From Smithellaceae bacterium (lineage in GTDB: Bacteria > Desulfobacterota > Syntrophia > Syntrophales > Smithellaceae): a stretch of 64,000 bases of DNA. The stretch covers positions 256,001 through 320,000 of the forward strand of contig CAXXVL010000001.1 of NCBI GenBank assembly GCA_963667845.2, written 5' to 3'. How positions within the stretch are numbered: the stretch's first letter is position 1; every line of letters starts with the position of its first letter. The translations under genes were made by a program, and so were the position numbers. The notes under the pieces were generated by a model. It made no database searches. It was given only the letters and a program-made list of their open reading frames with translations, and had not been told where the DNA came from. Shown piece by piece: positions 36,312-46,506 of the stretch.

Positions 36312-37700
36312 ATGGAAAGAATGTCTGAATCAAGCACCGCTGCAAAAAACCACTCTGCAATCGACCGACGCACTCTTGCTCTGCAGCAGGGAGCGGTTTT
36401 TCCTGTTTTGATCCGCATGGCCGCGCCCAATATCTTCCTCGCTTTCATGTGGGCGCTGGTGAGCTTCGCGGAAACGTGGTTCGTCGGCCGAGCCGGAACG
36501 CCCGCTCTGGCAGGGATTGCGCTGGTCTTTCCCCTGATTATGCTGATGCAGATGATGTCGGGGGGAGCCATGGGAGGGGCGGTTTCTTCGTCGATCTCCC
36601 GCGCGCTAGGCTCGGGAAACACCCGGAAGGCGGAACTCCTTGCCATCCACGCTATCGTGATCGCTCTTGTTTTCGGGCTGATCTTCACCATGATGATGGT
36701 CCTGGGAGGTCCGGGACTCTACAGTATTCTCGGCGGCAAAGGAGAGGTGCTGTCCCAGGCTGTCGGCTATTCATGTATTATCTTCGGCGGCGCCGCCGTG
36801 ATCTGGATCTGCAACACTCTGGCCAGCATCATGCGGGGGACGGGGGACATGCTGGTTCCCGCGGTAGTCCTGAGTTTGACCTCGCTTACGCATATCCCGC
36901 TGTGCGGCGCACTCGTTCTGGGTTGGGGCCCTTTTCCAAAGATGGGCCTGAGCGGCGCCGGGATCTCGTATATCGCCACGTTCGGCGCCGCCACCGTCTT
37001 TCTCGCGTTCTGGCTTCTGGCCGGCCACAGCGGCCTCCGGATCCATTGGCGCGGACTGAGCCTGAGCGCGTCCCTTTTCAAGGATATCCTCGGCGTCGGG
37101 CTGCTTTCATCCGTCAACACCATACAGACCGTTGCGGCGGCCGTCATCCTGACAGGCCTGGTGGGATCATTTGGAACTGCCGCGCTGGCCGGCTACGGAC
37201 TCGGGGTTCGCCTGGAAATGCTGCAAGTGCCGATCATCTTTGCGCTGGGCTCCGCCCTCATTCCCATTGTCGGGGTGAGCATCGGTGCAGCCGACATAAA
37301 ACGCGCGAAGAAGGTGGCCTGGATGGGAGCGGGATTTGCGGCCTGTCTGACGGGGGCGGTGGGGATCACCGTCGCGATCCGGCCGGAAACCTGGGCGGGG
37401 CTGTTTAGCAGCGATCCGGCCGTGCTGGAGACAGCATTCAGCTATCTTCATATTGTCGGGACCTTCTATATATTCCTCGGAATCGGCATCGCCCTCTATT
37501 TCGCCTCCCAGGGTGCGCGGAGAATGTTCTTCCCTATGCTTGCCGGCACGGCTCGTTTCCTGACCGCGGTCTGCGGCGGGTTTGTGATGGTTTCTTTTTT
37601 TGATGGGAAGGCCGGTTCGGTATTCGTTTTCATCAGCCTGGGCATGCTGGCTCTGGGCGTCGGCGCCGCCGCAGCCGTCAAATGGACTGACTGGCGCTGA
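36312..37700 (+). CDS. MATE family efflux transporter
   Basis: About 12 TM segments, ISRALGSG, RGTGDM..P, ALAGYG. Confidence 0.88.
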   Translation: MERMSESSTAAKNHSAIDRRTLALQQGAVFPVLIRMAAPNIFLAFMWALVSFAETWFVGRAGTPALAGIALVFPLIMLMQMMSGGAMGGAVSSSISRALGSGNTRKAELLAIHAIVIALVFGLIFTMMMVLGGPGLYSILGGKGEVLSQAVGYSCIIFGGAAVIWICNTLASIMRGTGDMLVPAVVLSLTSLTHIPLCGALVLGWGPFPKMGLSGAGISYIATFGAATVFLAFWLLAGHSGLRIHWRGLSLSASLFKDILGVGLLSSVNTIQTVAAAVILTGLVGSFGTAALAGYGLGVRLEMLQVPIIFALGSALIPIVGVSIGAADIKRAKKVAWMGAGFAACLTGAVGITVAIRPETWAGLFSSDPAVLETAFSYLHIVGTFYIFLGIGIALYFASQGARRMFFPMLAGTARFLTAVCGGFVMVSFFDGKAGSVFVFISLGMLALGVGAAAAVKWTDWR

Positions 37701-37826
37701 CCAACGATTAAACTATCGTAACTTTTGCCGGAGCAGATATTTTTAACTTAAGGAGCAGATGATTGGCGCGGACGCCCGGATTGTTCCGGTGTTCATGCCC
37801 CGCAAGTCGAATGGAGTAAAGCGCAT

Positions 37827-38408
37827 ATGAACATTTGTACCTATTCTTTTGAAGAGTATCTCCACCTGGTAAAGTCTTTTCACGGCCATCTCGCGCCGGG
37901 TTTAATCGTCGGTGGATTTATGGTTGATCTGGCGATGAAAAATCTGCCTGAAGGTCAGTTTTTCGATGCCGTTTGTGAAACACCGGTTTGTCTGCCCGAT
38001 GCCGTGCAAATCCTCACGCCTTGCACCATCGGCAATGGTTGGTTAAGTATCGTCAATTTCGGCAGGTTTGCCGTCACTCTTTATGAAAAATATACCGGTG
38101 CGGGTGTACGGGTTTATCTGGACGCGGAGAAATTGAATGCCTGGCCGGAAGTGCGCGACTGGTATCTCAAAAAGAAGAAGAAGCAAGACCAGGACAAAGA
38201 CCTGTTGATGGCTCAGATTAAGGAGGCTGGATACGGATTGCTCGGCATGCAAAGGCTGCAGGTTGATCCGGAGAAAGTCCGGCGCAAAAAAATGGGGCAG
38301 GTCCGTATTTGTCCGGCCTGCAGCGAGGCTTATCCAACGCGTGACGGGGACAAATGTCGGAATTGTCAGGGCGACACACCTTACAAAGATGCGGTTGCCG
38401 TACACTAA
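37827..38408 (+). CDS. FmdE (formylmethanofuran dehydrogenase subunit E) family protein with C-terminal zinc finger
   Basis: FHGHLAPG, CETPVCLPDAVQILTPCTIGNG, CPAC..CRNC. Confidence 0.9.
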   Translation: MNICTYSFEEYLHLVKSFHGHLAPGLIVGGFMVDLAMKNLPEGQFFDAVCETPVCLPDAVQILTPCTIGNGWLSIVNFGRFAVTLYEKYTGAGVRVYLDAEKLNAWPEVRDWYLKKKKKQDQDKDLLMAQIKEAGYGLLGMQRLQVDPEKVRRKKMGQVRICPACSEAYPTRDGDKCRNCQGDTPYKDAVAVH

Positions 38409-38438
38409 TAGACTCAAAACCTGAAGGAAGTAAAAATC

Positions 38439-39011
38439 ATGAAAGTTGTTGGATTTGTCGGAAGCCCGCGCAAGAAGGGCAATACAACCACCATCGTCAA
38501 TGAAGTGTTACGCGGCGCATCCGAGGCCGGTGCGGAAACCAAAATATTTAATCTCAATGAGCTGAACATCCGGGGATGCCAGGCCTGCTACAAATGCCAG
38601 ACGCCGGAAGGAAAGTGCGTGCAGACGGACGGCATGGCGCCGCTTTATGATGAAATCTTTAGCGCCGACGCCGTCGTGATCGGGACGCCCGTCTTCATGT
38701 TCCAGGTAACGGGGCAGACCAAGACGTTTATCGACCGTCTTTTTGCGTTGCTGTATCTCAAGGACGGCAAACCGGGAGCGTTCCGGAATAAGATAAAAGG
38801 AAAAAAGGTCATCACCGTCTATTCGCAGGCACAGCCGGAAACCGCCTTGTTTGCTTCGTCCTTCGACCTCAATGAAGGCGTCCTCGCTTTTCTGGGCTTC
38901 AAGGTTGAAGGCCGCATTGCCGCAGGAGGCATGGCGAACCTGGATTCGGCAAAAAACAGCCCGTCCGTCATGGAAAAGGCGTATGCAGCGGGCGCTGAAT
39001 TGGTGAAGTGA
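38439..39011 (+). CDS. Iron-sulfur flavoprotein / NADPH-dependent FMN reductase family
   Basis: GSPRKKGNT, CQACYKC..C, KTFIDR. Confidence 0.9.
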   Translation: MKVVGFVGSPRKKGNTTTIVNEVLRGASEAGAETKIFNLNELNIRGCQACYKCQTPEGKCVQTDGMAPLYDEIFSADAVVIGTPVFMFQVTGQTKTFIDRLFALLYLKDGKPGAFRNKIKGKKVITVYSQAQPETALFASSFDLNEGVLAFLGFKVEGRIAAGGMANLDSAKNSPSVMEKAYAAGAELVK

Positions 39012-39049
39012 AAGCAGCATGAAGCAACCAAACTATGAAGGAGGAGGAT

Positions 39050-39826
39050 ATGGAAAAGGTAACCTATGAGCACAGTGGTAAGTTGGGCATCATCACGTTT
39101 GCCGATAAACCACTGAACCTGCTGGGTGCTGAGCTCGGACAGGGATTCTTCAAAGCTATTGATCGGGCGAAGCAGGACAGTCTCCGGGGATTGATCCTGA
39201 AGGTGGACGAGGGTCACTTTTCCGCCGGCGCCGATATCAACCGGTTTCTCGGCATGACGCCAGACAACGCCAGGGAAGGATTCCGCGATTTTCAGGCGGC
39301 GCTCCACGCCATTGAAGCTTTCCCTTTCCCCACTATGGCCGTCGTGCGTGGGTTGTGCCTGGGCGGTGGCCTGGAAATCGCCCTCGCCTTCGATCTCATC
39401 TGGGCGGCTGAAAACGCTTCCTTCGGCCAGGTCGAAGTCATCATCGGCGCCCTGCCTTTCGGCGGCGGTGGCCAGCGGCTCGCCGCCAGAGCCGGCGCCA
39501 ACCGGGCCAAAGAGCTGGTCTTCAGCGGCCGCATCTTTCCGGCTAAGGATTTCGAAAGATGGAATATCATCAACAGGATTCTTCCGGAAGCGGAGGTCAA
39601 CGCCAAGGCTCTGGCTTTCATGCAGAACCTGGCAGACAATGGCCCGACCATTGCCATAGGGTCTGCCAAGCGAATCATCAATGCGTATGTCGAAAAAGGA
39701 TTGGCGGAAGCCGACCGCCTCACACTGGATTTATCGGCCGAGCTCTTCGGGACAGAGGATCTGCAGACGGGGGCCAAGTCCCTCCTGGCGAATGGCCCCG
39801 GCAAGGCCAAGTTTGTCGGTAAATAA
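39050..39826 (+). CDS. Enoyl-CoA hydratase/isomerase family
   Basis: FSAGADI, CLGGGLEIAL, FGQVE. ATG 39050 behind GGAGGA (39035 is an alternative). Confidence 0.9.
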   Translation: MEKVTYEHSGKLGIITFADKPLNLLGAELGQGFFKAIDRAKQDSLRGLILKVDEGHFSAGADINRFLGMTPDNAREGFRDFQAALHAIEAFPFPTMAVVRGLCLGGGLEIALAFDLIWAAENASFGQVEVIIGALPFGGGGQRLAARAGANRAKELVFSGRIFPAKDFERWNIINRILPEAEVNAKALAFMQNLADNGPTIAIGSAKRIINAYVEKGLAEADRLTLDLSAELFGTEDLQTGAKSLLANGPGKAKFVGK

Positions 39827-39946
39827 ATAACCTGAAGCGTGCTTGAAGAAAAAACAATCAGGAATTTTTTCTTAACAAATCTTTGATCGATCGCTTTTGA
39901 GTAATTTTCAAAGACCTCAGGTGGAAAAGTAAGGAGAACATAAAAT

Positions 39947-41029
39947 ATGAGTCAGGAAGTTTACAAACAATTACTTGAAGTGATGAAAAAGCGGGGAGGT
40001 AAGTATGCCGGCATGGATATCCCCGAGTTCTTCTCGATGGTGGAAGAATTATTCACCCCGCAGGAGGCCGAGGTCAACAATGCCATGCCCAAAGGTTTTT
40101 TTGCAGCCAAAGCCTTGGCCATCACCATGGGCAGGGATGAAACAGAGATAGAAGCCATTCTGGAGGCCATGGCGGACAAAGGCCTGTGCCTGGCCCTGGA
40201 CATGGAGCAAAAACGGGTTTATCAGGCGTCCCGGTTTATGGTTGGCATTTTGGAATATCAATTTATGCCCGGGAAAACCACCGACAGGGACAAAAAGATC
40301 GCCCGACTGATTCACGCTTATGAAAAGGCCTTTGATCAGAAGGCGGCCGATCAAACCGTCATGAGCTTTCCCCCTACCCGGGTCATCACGGTCGATGCCC
40401 TGGTTCAGGCCGACAATCAAGTCCATACCTATGATCAGGTTCAGACCTATATCGACCGATCCGAGCAGATTGCCGTCACGACCTGTTACTGCCGTCATGC
40501 GGCTTTTCTACGGGGAGAAGATATCCACGGGACGCCTAATGATGTCTGTATGCAGTTTGGCCCCGGGGCTCAATTCGCTATCGATCGATTGGGGGCCCGG
40601 AAAGTAAGCAAACAAGAAGCGAGGGAGGTACTAAACCGGGCTGAAGAAGCCGGATTGATTCACATGAGTCAAAACATGACCGAAGGCATCAGCTTTTTAT
40701 GCAACTGCGACCGCTGGCACTGTGGTGCTGTACTAAGCGCCCTGGCCAAGCCCAAACCCGGACTTTTCTTCAATTCCGGTTTTGAGCCGCGCTTTGACCC
40801 TGATCTATGTTCGGCCTGTGGCGTTTGTATTGAGCGATGCCCGCCCGCAGCACTGACATTGGGCGATGATGGCCCTCCTCAAGTCAACCTGGACCGCTGT
40901 TTCGGATGCGCCGTTTGCGCCACCGGCTGTCCTTCACAAGCTATCTCTATGGTCAATAAACCGGGTTTTGCCCCGCCGCCGAAAAATGCCAAGGCCTTCA
41001 TGGAGGCTCTCCATGCCAGCCACATTTAA
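39947..41029 (+). CDS. 4Fe-4S dicluster domain protein
   Basis: CYCR, CNCDRWHC, CSACGVCIERCP, CFGCAVCATGCP. Confidence 0.88.
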   Translation: MSQEVYKQLLEVMKKRGGKYAGMDIPEFFSMVEELFTPQEAEVNNAMPKGFFAAKALAITMGRDETEIEAILEAMADKGLCLALDMEQKRVYQASRFMVGILEYQFMPGKTTDRDKKIARLIHAYEKAFDQKAADQTVMSFPPTRVITVDALVQADNQVHTYDQVQTYIDRSEQIAVTTCYCRHAAFLRGEDIHGTPNDVCMQFGPGAQFAIDRLGARKVSKQEAREVLNRAEEAGLIHMSQNMTEGISFLCNCDRWHCGAVLSALAKPKPGLFFNSGFEPRFDPDLCSACGVCIERCPPAALTLGDDGPPQVNLDRCFGCAVCATGCPSQAISMVNKPGFAPPPKNAKAFMEALHASHI

Positions 41030-41074
41030 CAAATTTAAGAATCGTCGGTCTGAATTTTAGCAAAGGAGGGTATC

Positions 41075-43318
41075 ATGGAAGAATGGAAGAAAACGACCTG
41101 CGCGATTTGCGGCATCCGCTGCAGTCTTGAAGTGAAAGTTGAAGGGAACCGTATTGTCAAGGCCCGCCCTGACAAGGACAGCCCGGTCAGCGAGGGATAC
41201 ATCTGCCGAAAGGGCATGAACCTCGCTTATCACCAGCACAATGCGGACCGGCTGCTGTACCCGTTAAAGAGGGTGGGAAATAAATTTGAACGTATAAGCT
41301 GGAATCAGGCCATCGGTGAGATCTCAGAAAAACTCAAAAAACTGCTTCAGGACCACGGCCCGCGGTCCCTGGCCTCGATGGTCGGGGGCGGGGAATTCAA
41401 CTTCTACCCGTGGCGTTTCCTGATCGGTTTCGTTGACGCTCTCGGGTCGCGTTACCATTACTCAGCCGGCAACCAGGAGTTTGCCGGCCGGTACTGGGCG
41501 CATGGTCTGACATTGGGAAGCCAACTTCTGGAGCTGGTACCTGATTATAAGCATACGGACATGATGATGGTCTTCGGTTGGAATGGGATGATGAGCCATC
41601 AAATACCCCAGGCCAGGAGAGTATTGACCGGCATCTCCAAAGATCCTGACAAACTGCTTGTCGTGATCGATCCGCGGCGTTCGGAAACGGCGAAAATCGC
41701 GGACATTCACCTGGCGCTTCGGCCGGGTACCGATGCCCTGCTGCTGAAATCGATGATCGCCATCATCCTTCGTGAGGGCTTATATGACCGGGAATACATC
41801 GACAGGCACGTCAGTGGATTCCAGGAGATACTCCCCTGGTTCGATGGATTTGAAGTGAAGGCGGCGCTGAAGGTCTGCGAACTCCCGTACGACCAGGTGT
41901 TCCGGGTTTGCCAGGAATTCGCCAAACGCCAGTCCTGCCTGCGTGACGATCTGGGCATCCTGATGAACCGGCACAGCGCCTTTGTATCCTATCTACTCGC
42001 GGTGCTGCTGGCGATCTGCGGACGCATCGGTGTGCCGGGGGGAAACTACCTCGTTGGCGAGAAAATATACTCGGATCCGAACGACCCGAAGACGTGGAGG
42101 ACGGCCGTGACCGATATCCCGGCCATCGCGGGGACGTTCCCTCCCAATGTGATGCCGGAAGAGATCGTAAGCGACCGTCCCGACCGGATCAGATCCGTCT
42201 TCGTCATGGGCGCGAATCCATTACGGTCTTATGCGGATACGACCGCCTATGAAAAGGCATTCGGGCGGCTTGATCTACTGGTGGTCGCCGAAATCGTCAT
42301 GAGCGAGACCGCCGCGCTTGCACACTACGTCTTGCCCTGCAGGTCAACCTATGAATCCTGGAGCCCTGCGGACGCGATTATCCCCTCCACAACCAACAGG
42401 GGCTTTCTGGACGTCATCAGCCGGATGCGCCGGCCTGTTGTCGAGGTTGAAGGAGAGCAGAAAGAAACGGGAGAGATCTTCACCCTTCTGGCCGATGCCA
42501 TGGGGCTGTTGTCCGCACTTCCCGACTCACTGTACTCGACTGCGGGCAGCAGCGACCTGAGAACATACCGCGACGCGCTGATACAGTATCTCACGGAGCA
42601 TCCCGAGAACCTGAACATGACACCCTTCATCGTGGCCAAGACGCTGGGCAATGCCACCGGTTCCGCTCAGCTGGCCAATTATTTTACCGGCCTGTTACAG
42701 CGCTCCCGGATGAAGCAAGGGGAGGCGGCACAGGTGGGATTTGACACCGGACCGGACCAGGGACTGGCCATCTACAAGGCCATCATAGATCACCCGGAAG
42801 GTGTCCTGGTCGGCGTGCAGGATTTAGCGAAAAATCTTGGTCGTGTGGCCACAAAGGATGGCAGGATCCGGATTCATGCAGCAGAAGTAGAAGACTGGAT
42901 AAAGGGAATCAAGCCTGATGATGAAGAAAAAAGGCTGGAGGCCGATGCGGCCTTTCCATTGCTCCTGATGGCGGGACGCCACATGGACATGAATGCCAAC
43001 ACGGGCATGAGGAACCCTGCGTGGAACGAAGGCAAGCGGCCCTGCACCCTGGCGATGAATCCGGCGGACGCTGAGAAATACGGGTTTTCCGACGGACAAA
43101 TGGTGAAGGTTATCACCGAGGCGGGCGAAGAAACCATCGAGATAGAGGTGACCGGGGATGCCAGAGCCGGGCAGGTCATTATTCCGCACGGATTTGGCCT
43201 GGTCTACGATGGCGTTAAGTATGGCGCTAACGTCAACCGCTTAACAAAAAACACAAACCGAGATTTTGTCGGAACCCCGATGCACCGGTATGTGCCATGC
43301 CGAATCGAGGCCCTCTGA
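41075..43318 (+). CDS. Molybdopterin-dependent oxidoreductase
   Basis: CAICGIRC..CRKG, ISWNQAI, DPRRSETA, RPGTDA, SETAALAHYVLP, C-terminal dinucleotide-binding domain. Confidence 0.9.
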   Translation: MEEWKKTTCAICGIRCSLEVKVEGNRIVKARPDKDSPVSEGYICRKGMNLAYHQHNADRLLYPLKRVGNKFERISWNQAIGEISEKLKKLLQDHGPRSLASMVGGGEFNFYPWRFLIGFVDALGSRYHYSAGNQEFAGRYWAHGLTLGSQLLELVPDYKHTDMMMVFGWNGMMSHQIPQARRVLTGISKDPDKLLVVIDPRRSETAKIADIHLALRPGTDALLLKSMIAIILREGLYDREYIDRHVSGFQEILPWFDGFEVKAALKVCELPYDQVFRVCQEFAKRQSCLRDDLGILMNRHSAFVSYLLAVLLAICGRIGVPGGNYLVGEKIYSDPNDPKTWRTAVTDIPAIAGTFPPNVMPEEIVSDRPDRIRSVFVMGANPLRSYADTTAYEKAFGRLDLLVVAEIVMSETAALAHYVLPCRSTYESWSPADAIIPSTTNRGFLDVISRMRRPVVEVEGEQKETGEIFTLLADAMGLLSALPDSLYSTAGSSDLRTYRDALIQYLTEHPENLNMTPFIVAKTLGNATGSAQLANYFTGLLQRSRMKQGEAAQVGFDTGPDQGLAIYKAIIDHPEGVLVGVQDLAKNLGRVATKDGRIRIHAAEVEDWIKGIKPDDEEKRLEADAAFPLLLMAGRHMDMNANTGMRNPAWNEGKRPCTLAMNPADAEKYGFSDGQMVKVITEAGEETIEIEVTGDARAGQVIIPHGFGLVYDGVKYGANVNRLTKNTNRDFVGTPMHRYVPCRIEAL

Positions 43319-43390
43319 TGCCGGGAGAAAACGCACACAGTCGAATCATCCTGGCGTCCATGCCCTGAAGTTATCGAGAGTAGAGCATAT

Positions 43391-43983
43391 ATGAACATTT
43401 GTACCTATTCGTTTGAAGAGTATCTGCATCTGGTGAAGTCTTTTCACGGCCATCTCGCGCCGGGATTAATCGTCGGTGGATTCATGGTTGATCTCGCCAT
43501 GAAGCATCTCCCTGAGGGTGAATTTTTTGATGCGGTCTGCGAAACACCGGTGTGCCTGCCCGACGCCGTGCAGATCCTCACCCCCTGCACAATCGGGAAC
43601 GGCTGGTTGAGCATTGTTCCTTTCGGTAAATTCGCCGTGACGCTTTATGAAAAATACAGTGGCAAAGGCGTGCGGGTTTATCTGCGCACTGAGAAACTGG
43701 ATGCCTGGCCGGAAGTGCGCGACTCGTACCTCAAAAAGAAGAAAAAGCACGAGCAGGACAAAGACCTGCTGATGGCGCAGATTAAAGAGGCTGGAGGCGG
43801 ATTGCTTGGTGTGCAGAAGCTGCAGGTTGATCCGGATAAAGTTCGCCGCCAGAAAATGGGGCAGGCATTTGCCCGGTCTGCGGCGAGGCTTACCCAATGC
43901 GTGACGGAGACAAATGCCGGAGTTGTCAGGGTGAGACGCCTTACAAAAATGCGGTTGTCGTCACCAATAAACTTAAAATCTGA
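43391..43983 (+). pseudogene. Second FmdE-family gene, frameshifted before the zinc finger
   Basis: Paralog of 37827..38408. GGGCAG-GC-ATTTG versus GGGCAG-GTCCGT-ATTTG is a 4-nt loss near 43864. CPVC..CRSC is preserved in another frame ending at TGA 43981-43983. Confidence 0.8.
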
Positions 43984-44064
43984 GGGAGGAACAGATGAGC
44001 CGGTTGGGTGTCGACATCCGGCGCGTATCCGGATTTAAACGGGCAGGCGCCCGGGATGCCTTTG

Positions 44065-44772
44065 CTACGGAGCGTCGATCTCGCTGGCAGGAGGAAACAG
44101 GATGTTGAACGGATCGATTGAGACCGCGATGAGCGGCCTTGCAGCGGAGAGATCGGGAAAGTACTTCTGATTCGATTGCAGCGACCGGATCAACGCCAAA
44201 CGCCCCCGGCCCCGGCCGCTGAAGTTGGTTTGCAGATAGGAGCCCTGCTTTCCCTGCAGGAGCGGGAAGGGCAGAAGCTTTGTGCTGACGGGAAAGCGCG
44301 GTCCCGCGACTTTGATTTCCATTTGAAAAAAAGTTCCACCGCTCGCGGCGACTTCAATTTTTTCCAGGTCGTTTCTTTTCGAAAAATGAAATTCCGCCAG
44401 TTCCTTGGGAATCGCCCAGTTCTTCCGTCCGTTTAAAACGCTGTCCATTGTGGAGACATAGATTTTGGTAATCCGGTGCCATCGCCCGCCATTTACGTGA
44501 ACTTTCCCCGGGATAAAGAGCAGCTCCGAATACGGCCCGGCGTCGGATGAGGCATAATCAGCAATCATCAATGCGCCCAGTCCCCCGGCAGGCGTTATCC
44601 CCTCATCCGGGGGAAGGAACGCCTTCTCATTGAAAAACTCCCGGTTGAATTTATAAAGAACCATAAAACCCCGTCCCGTGAGATTCCAGGGCGCGGGCAC
44701 CGCGGGCACGCGACTGGACGCGTTTTCGGGATCGGCAAGAGTATTTCCTGAGGCAGGATAGTCAATATTCAT
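44065..44772 (-). CDS. Acetoacetate decarboxylase family protein
   Basis: PAPWNLTG, DYASSDAGPYSEL, GRKNWAIPKELA. Confidence 0.8.
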   Translation of the reverse strand: MNIDYPASGNTLADPENASSRVPAVPAPWNLTGRGFMVLYKFNREFFNEKAFLPPDEGITPAGGLGALMIADYASSDAGPYSELLFIPGKVHVNGGRWHRITKIYVSTMDSVLNGRKNWAIPKELAEFHFSKRNDLEKIEVAASGGTFFQMEIKVAGPRFPVSTKLLPFPLLQGKQGSYLQTNFSGRGRGRLALIRSLQSNQKYFPDLSAARPLIAVSIDPFNILFPPASEIDAP

Positions 44773-44997
44773 GCTTACTGGCCTTTTTGCAGTCCGGTCT
44801 TTAGCCACTCTTTTTTAGAATAGATGTGTTTTGCGGTTCAATCGACGGATCGATTGAACCCACAAGAAATGAATATCCCGGCCCGAACAGGGACGAACGG
44901 GCGTTATAGGACATCAAGCTGAAAGAATGGATTGCCGGGGACTGTCACGATTTCCGTCTGGATGAGGAGGCCTAAGCAACCAATTGCGCACCTGAGG

Positions 44998-45198
44998 TTA
45001 AATGACGCATCTTGAAAGATGCGACGAACCCGTGAGGCGGCGAAACATCGTCTGGACAGTCATCTCGTGATTTCTGTCAGGGCTTTCTTTTCGGCTGCTT
45101 ATCGAACTTGTCTTTTGATTTTTGTTTCTGTTTTTCAGCGCTTTGCTTCTGACCTTTTTCCTTATCCTTCTTGCCGCCTTTGTCTCCCATGATATCAC
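44998..45198 (-). CDS. Small basic hypothetical protein
   Basis: 66-aa Lys/Arg-rich ORF with GTG start, co-oriented downstream of the cold-shock gene. Confidence 0.35.
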   Translation of the reverse strand: MISWETKAARRIRKKVRSKALKNRNKNQKTSSISSRKESPDRNHEMTVQTMFRRLTGSSHLSRCVI

Positions 45199-45299
45199 CC
45201 CTTTTGTGTTTTTTTAAAAACAGTATCCGGTAGTGTGGCATTGGATGCAGACAGTAAACCGCTTCCTAATGAATAGCTTTACACAGAAAGACGCAGAGG

Positions 45300-45491
45300 T
45301 CAATTGGGACTTTGGGCAAGACTCGCCGCTGCAATCGGCTCAGCGTTATACGAATGCGTAAGCGGAGCAGGCGTCCTGGCAAAGGTCTTCTTCTGCCGGG
45401 TCATCATGCGTTTTAATTCCTTGACGGCCTGCTTTTGCTGTCTTGCTCTTTCTCTGGGCTGCGTTCCGCTGTTATTCCTGGGCTTCGGCAT
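45300..45491 (-). CDS. Small basic hypothetical protein
   Basis: 63 aa, AGGAG RBS, charged helical N-half. Confidence 0.5.
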   Translation of the reverse strand: MPKPRNNSGTQPRERARQQKQAVKELKRMMTRQKKTFARTPAPLTHSYNAEPIAAASLAQSPN

Positions 45492-45545
45492 TTTAAACTC
45501 CTGTTTTATCTTTTCCGGAAATGTAAGAGGCTATGCTGAAAAATA

Positions 45546-45577
45546 GAGAGGCGCTCCACTTTCGCAGAGCGCCTCTT
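45546..45577 (-). terminator. Terminator after cold-shock gene
   Basis: AGAGGCGCTC / GAGCGCCTCT inverted repeat with a T-rich tail on the minus strand. Confidence 0.65.
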
Positions 45578-45598
45578 ACTGATTTTACTTGATTTTAA

Positions 45599-45799
45599 TT
45601 AGCAGAGTTTCACGTTTTCCGCTGCGGGGCCTTTTGCGCCCTGAACAACATCGAAGCTTACAGCCTGGCCTTCGGCCAGTGTCTTGAAACCGGTGGCCTG
45701 AATAGCGCTGAAATGGACGAAAATGTCCCCGCCATCACTCTTCTCGATAAATCCGAAGCCCTTGGCTTCATTGAACCATTTTACTTTACCTTCTGACAT
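45599..45799 (-). CDS. Cold-shock protein (CspA family)
   Basis: [41 protein letters not shown]. Confidence 0.97.
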   Translation of the reverse strand: MSEGKVKWFNEAKGFGFIEKSDGGDIFVHFSAIQATGFKTLAEGQAVSFDVVQGAKGPAAENVKLC

Positions 45800-45977
45800 A
45801 ATTAGTATCCTCCTTTCTTAAATTTACCTTTAAGTCGAATGCCTTTATGACAGAGATAAAAAAACCACCAATACTAGAACGCGTAAGGTGGCCGCCTTTG
45901 CACTTCAATTTGTCATAACGCAACTTTTTCTGTATTCTACTGACAAAAGACCAATGAAAAATACAGGATATGGCTGC

Positions 45978-46006
45978 ACGCTATGTTACTTATGCTGCAA
46001 TGTCAA
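45978..46006 (-). promoter_or_regulatory. sigma70-like promoter for cold-shock gene
   Basis: Minus strand TTGACA-N17-TAGCGT, implying a ~170-nt 5' UTR as typical of csp genes. Confidence 0.5.
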
Positions 46007-46506
46007 GCCATATTAATATTGTTAATTACGATGATGGTCCCGGTGGTTCTTGTCAGGCAGATGGTAATTATTTGATTGCCTTTCAACGCAGGTATCCATT
46101 GTCAACGTCCGGCAAGCGTTCTTTTGTTCTTCTCACCCCAATTAATAATCTTGACGTCCAAAAGGAGGAAGCAGGAGCGGTACCTCAAACTATCAAGGCA
46201 GTCTTCGTTTACTCTCCTTGCCGATTGTCAGAATCCTCTTATTATGCTATCGTAAAAAGAAATTGCTTTAATGTTCATACCAATCCTGAATCAGAGACTC
46301 ATCATCAGCCGGCAACCGCGAATCCATTTTTCCGCTCGACCTCAGCGCCGCTCTATTTTGCAGAGATATATCCATAGACTGTTGACATTACGGATGATCC
46401 TTTGGTCCTTATGCTCAGGGATCATGGATCCGTCCGTTACGTTTAAAATCGTGGCGAATGTATATTTATTCAACTCAACCACCACCAGGACTTAAGGAGG
46501 CAAATC

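Noticed and set aside
36449..37408. 319-aa same-strand overlapping ORF inside the MATE gene
   Set aside because: Arg/Gly/Pro-rich off-frame product typical of high-GC codon usage.
41075..43318. Selenocysteine recoding in either molybdoenzyme
   Set aside because: Both ORFs are full length with no in-frame TGA.
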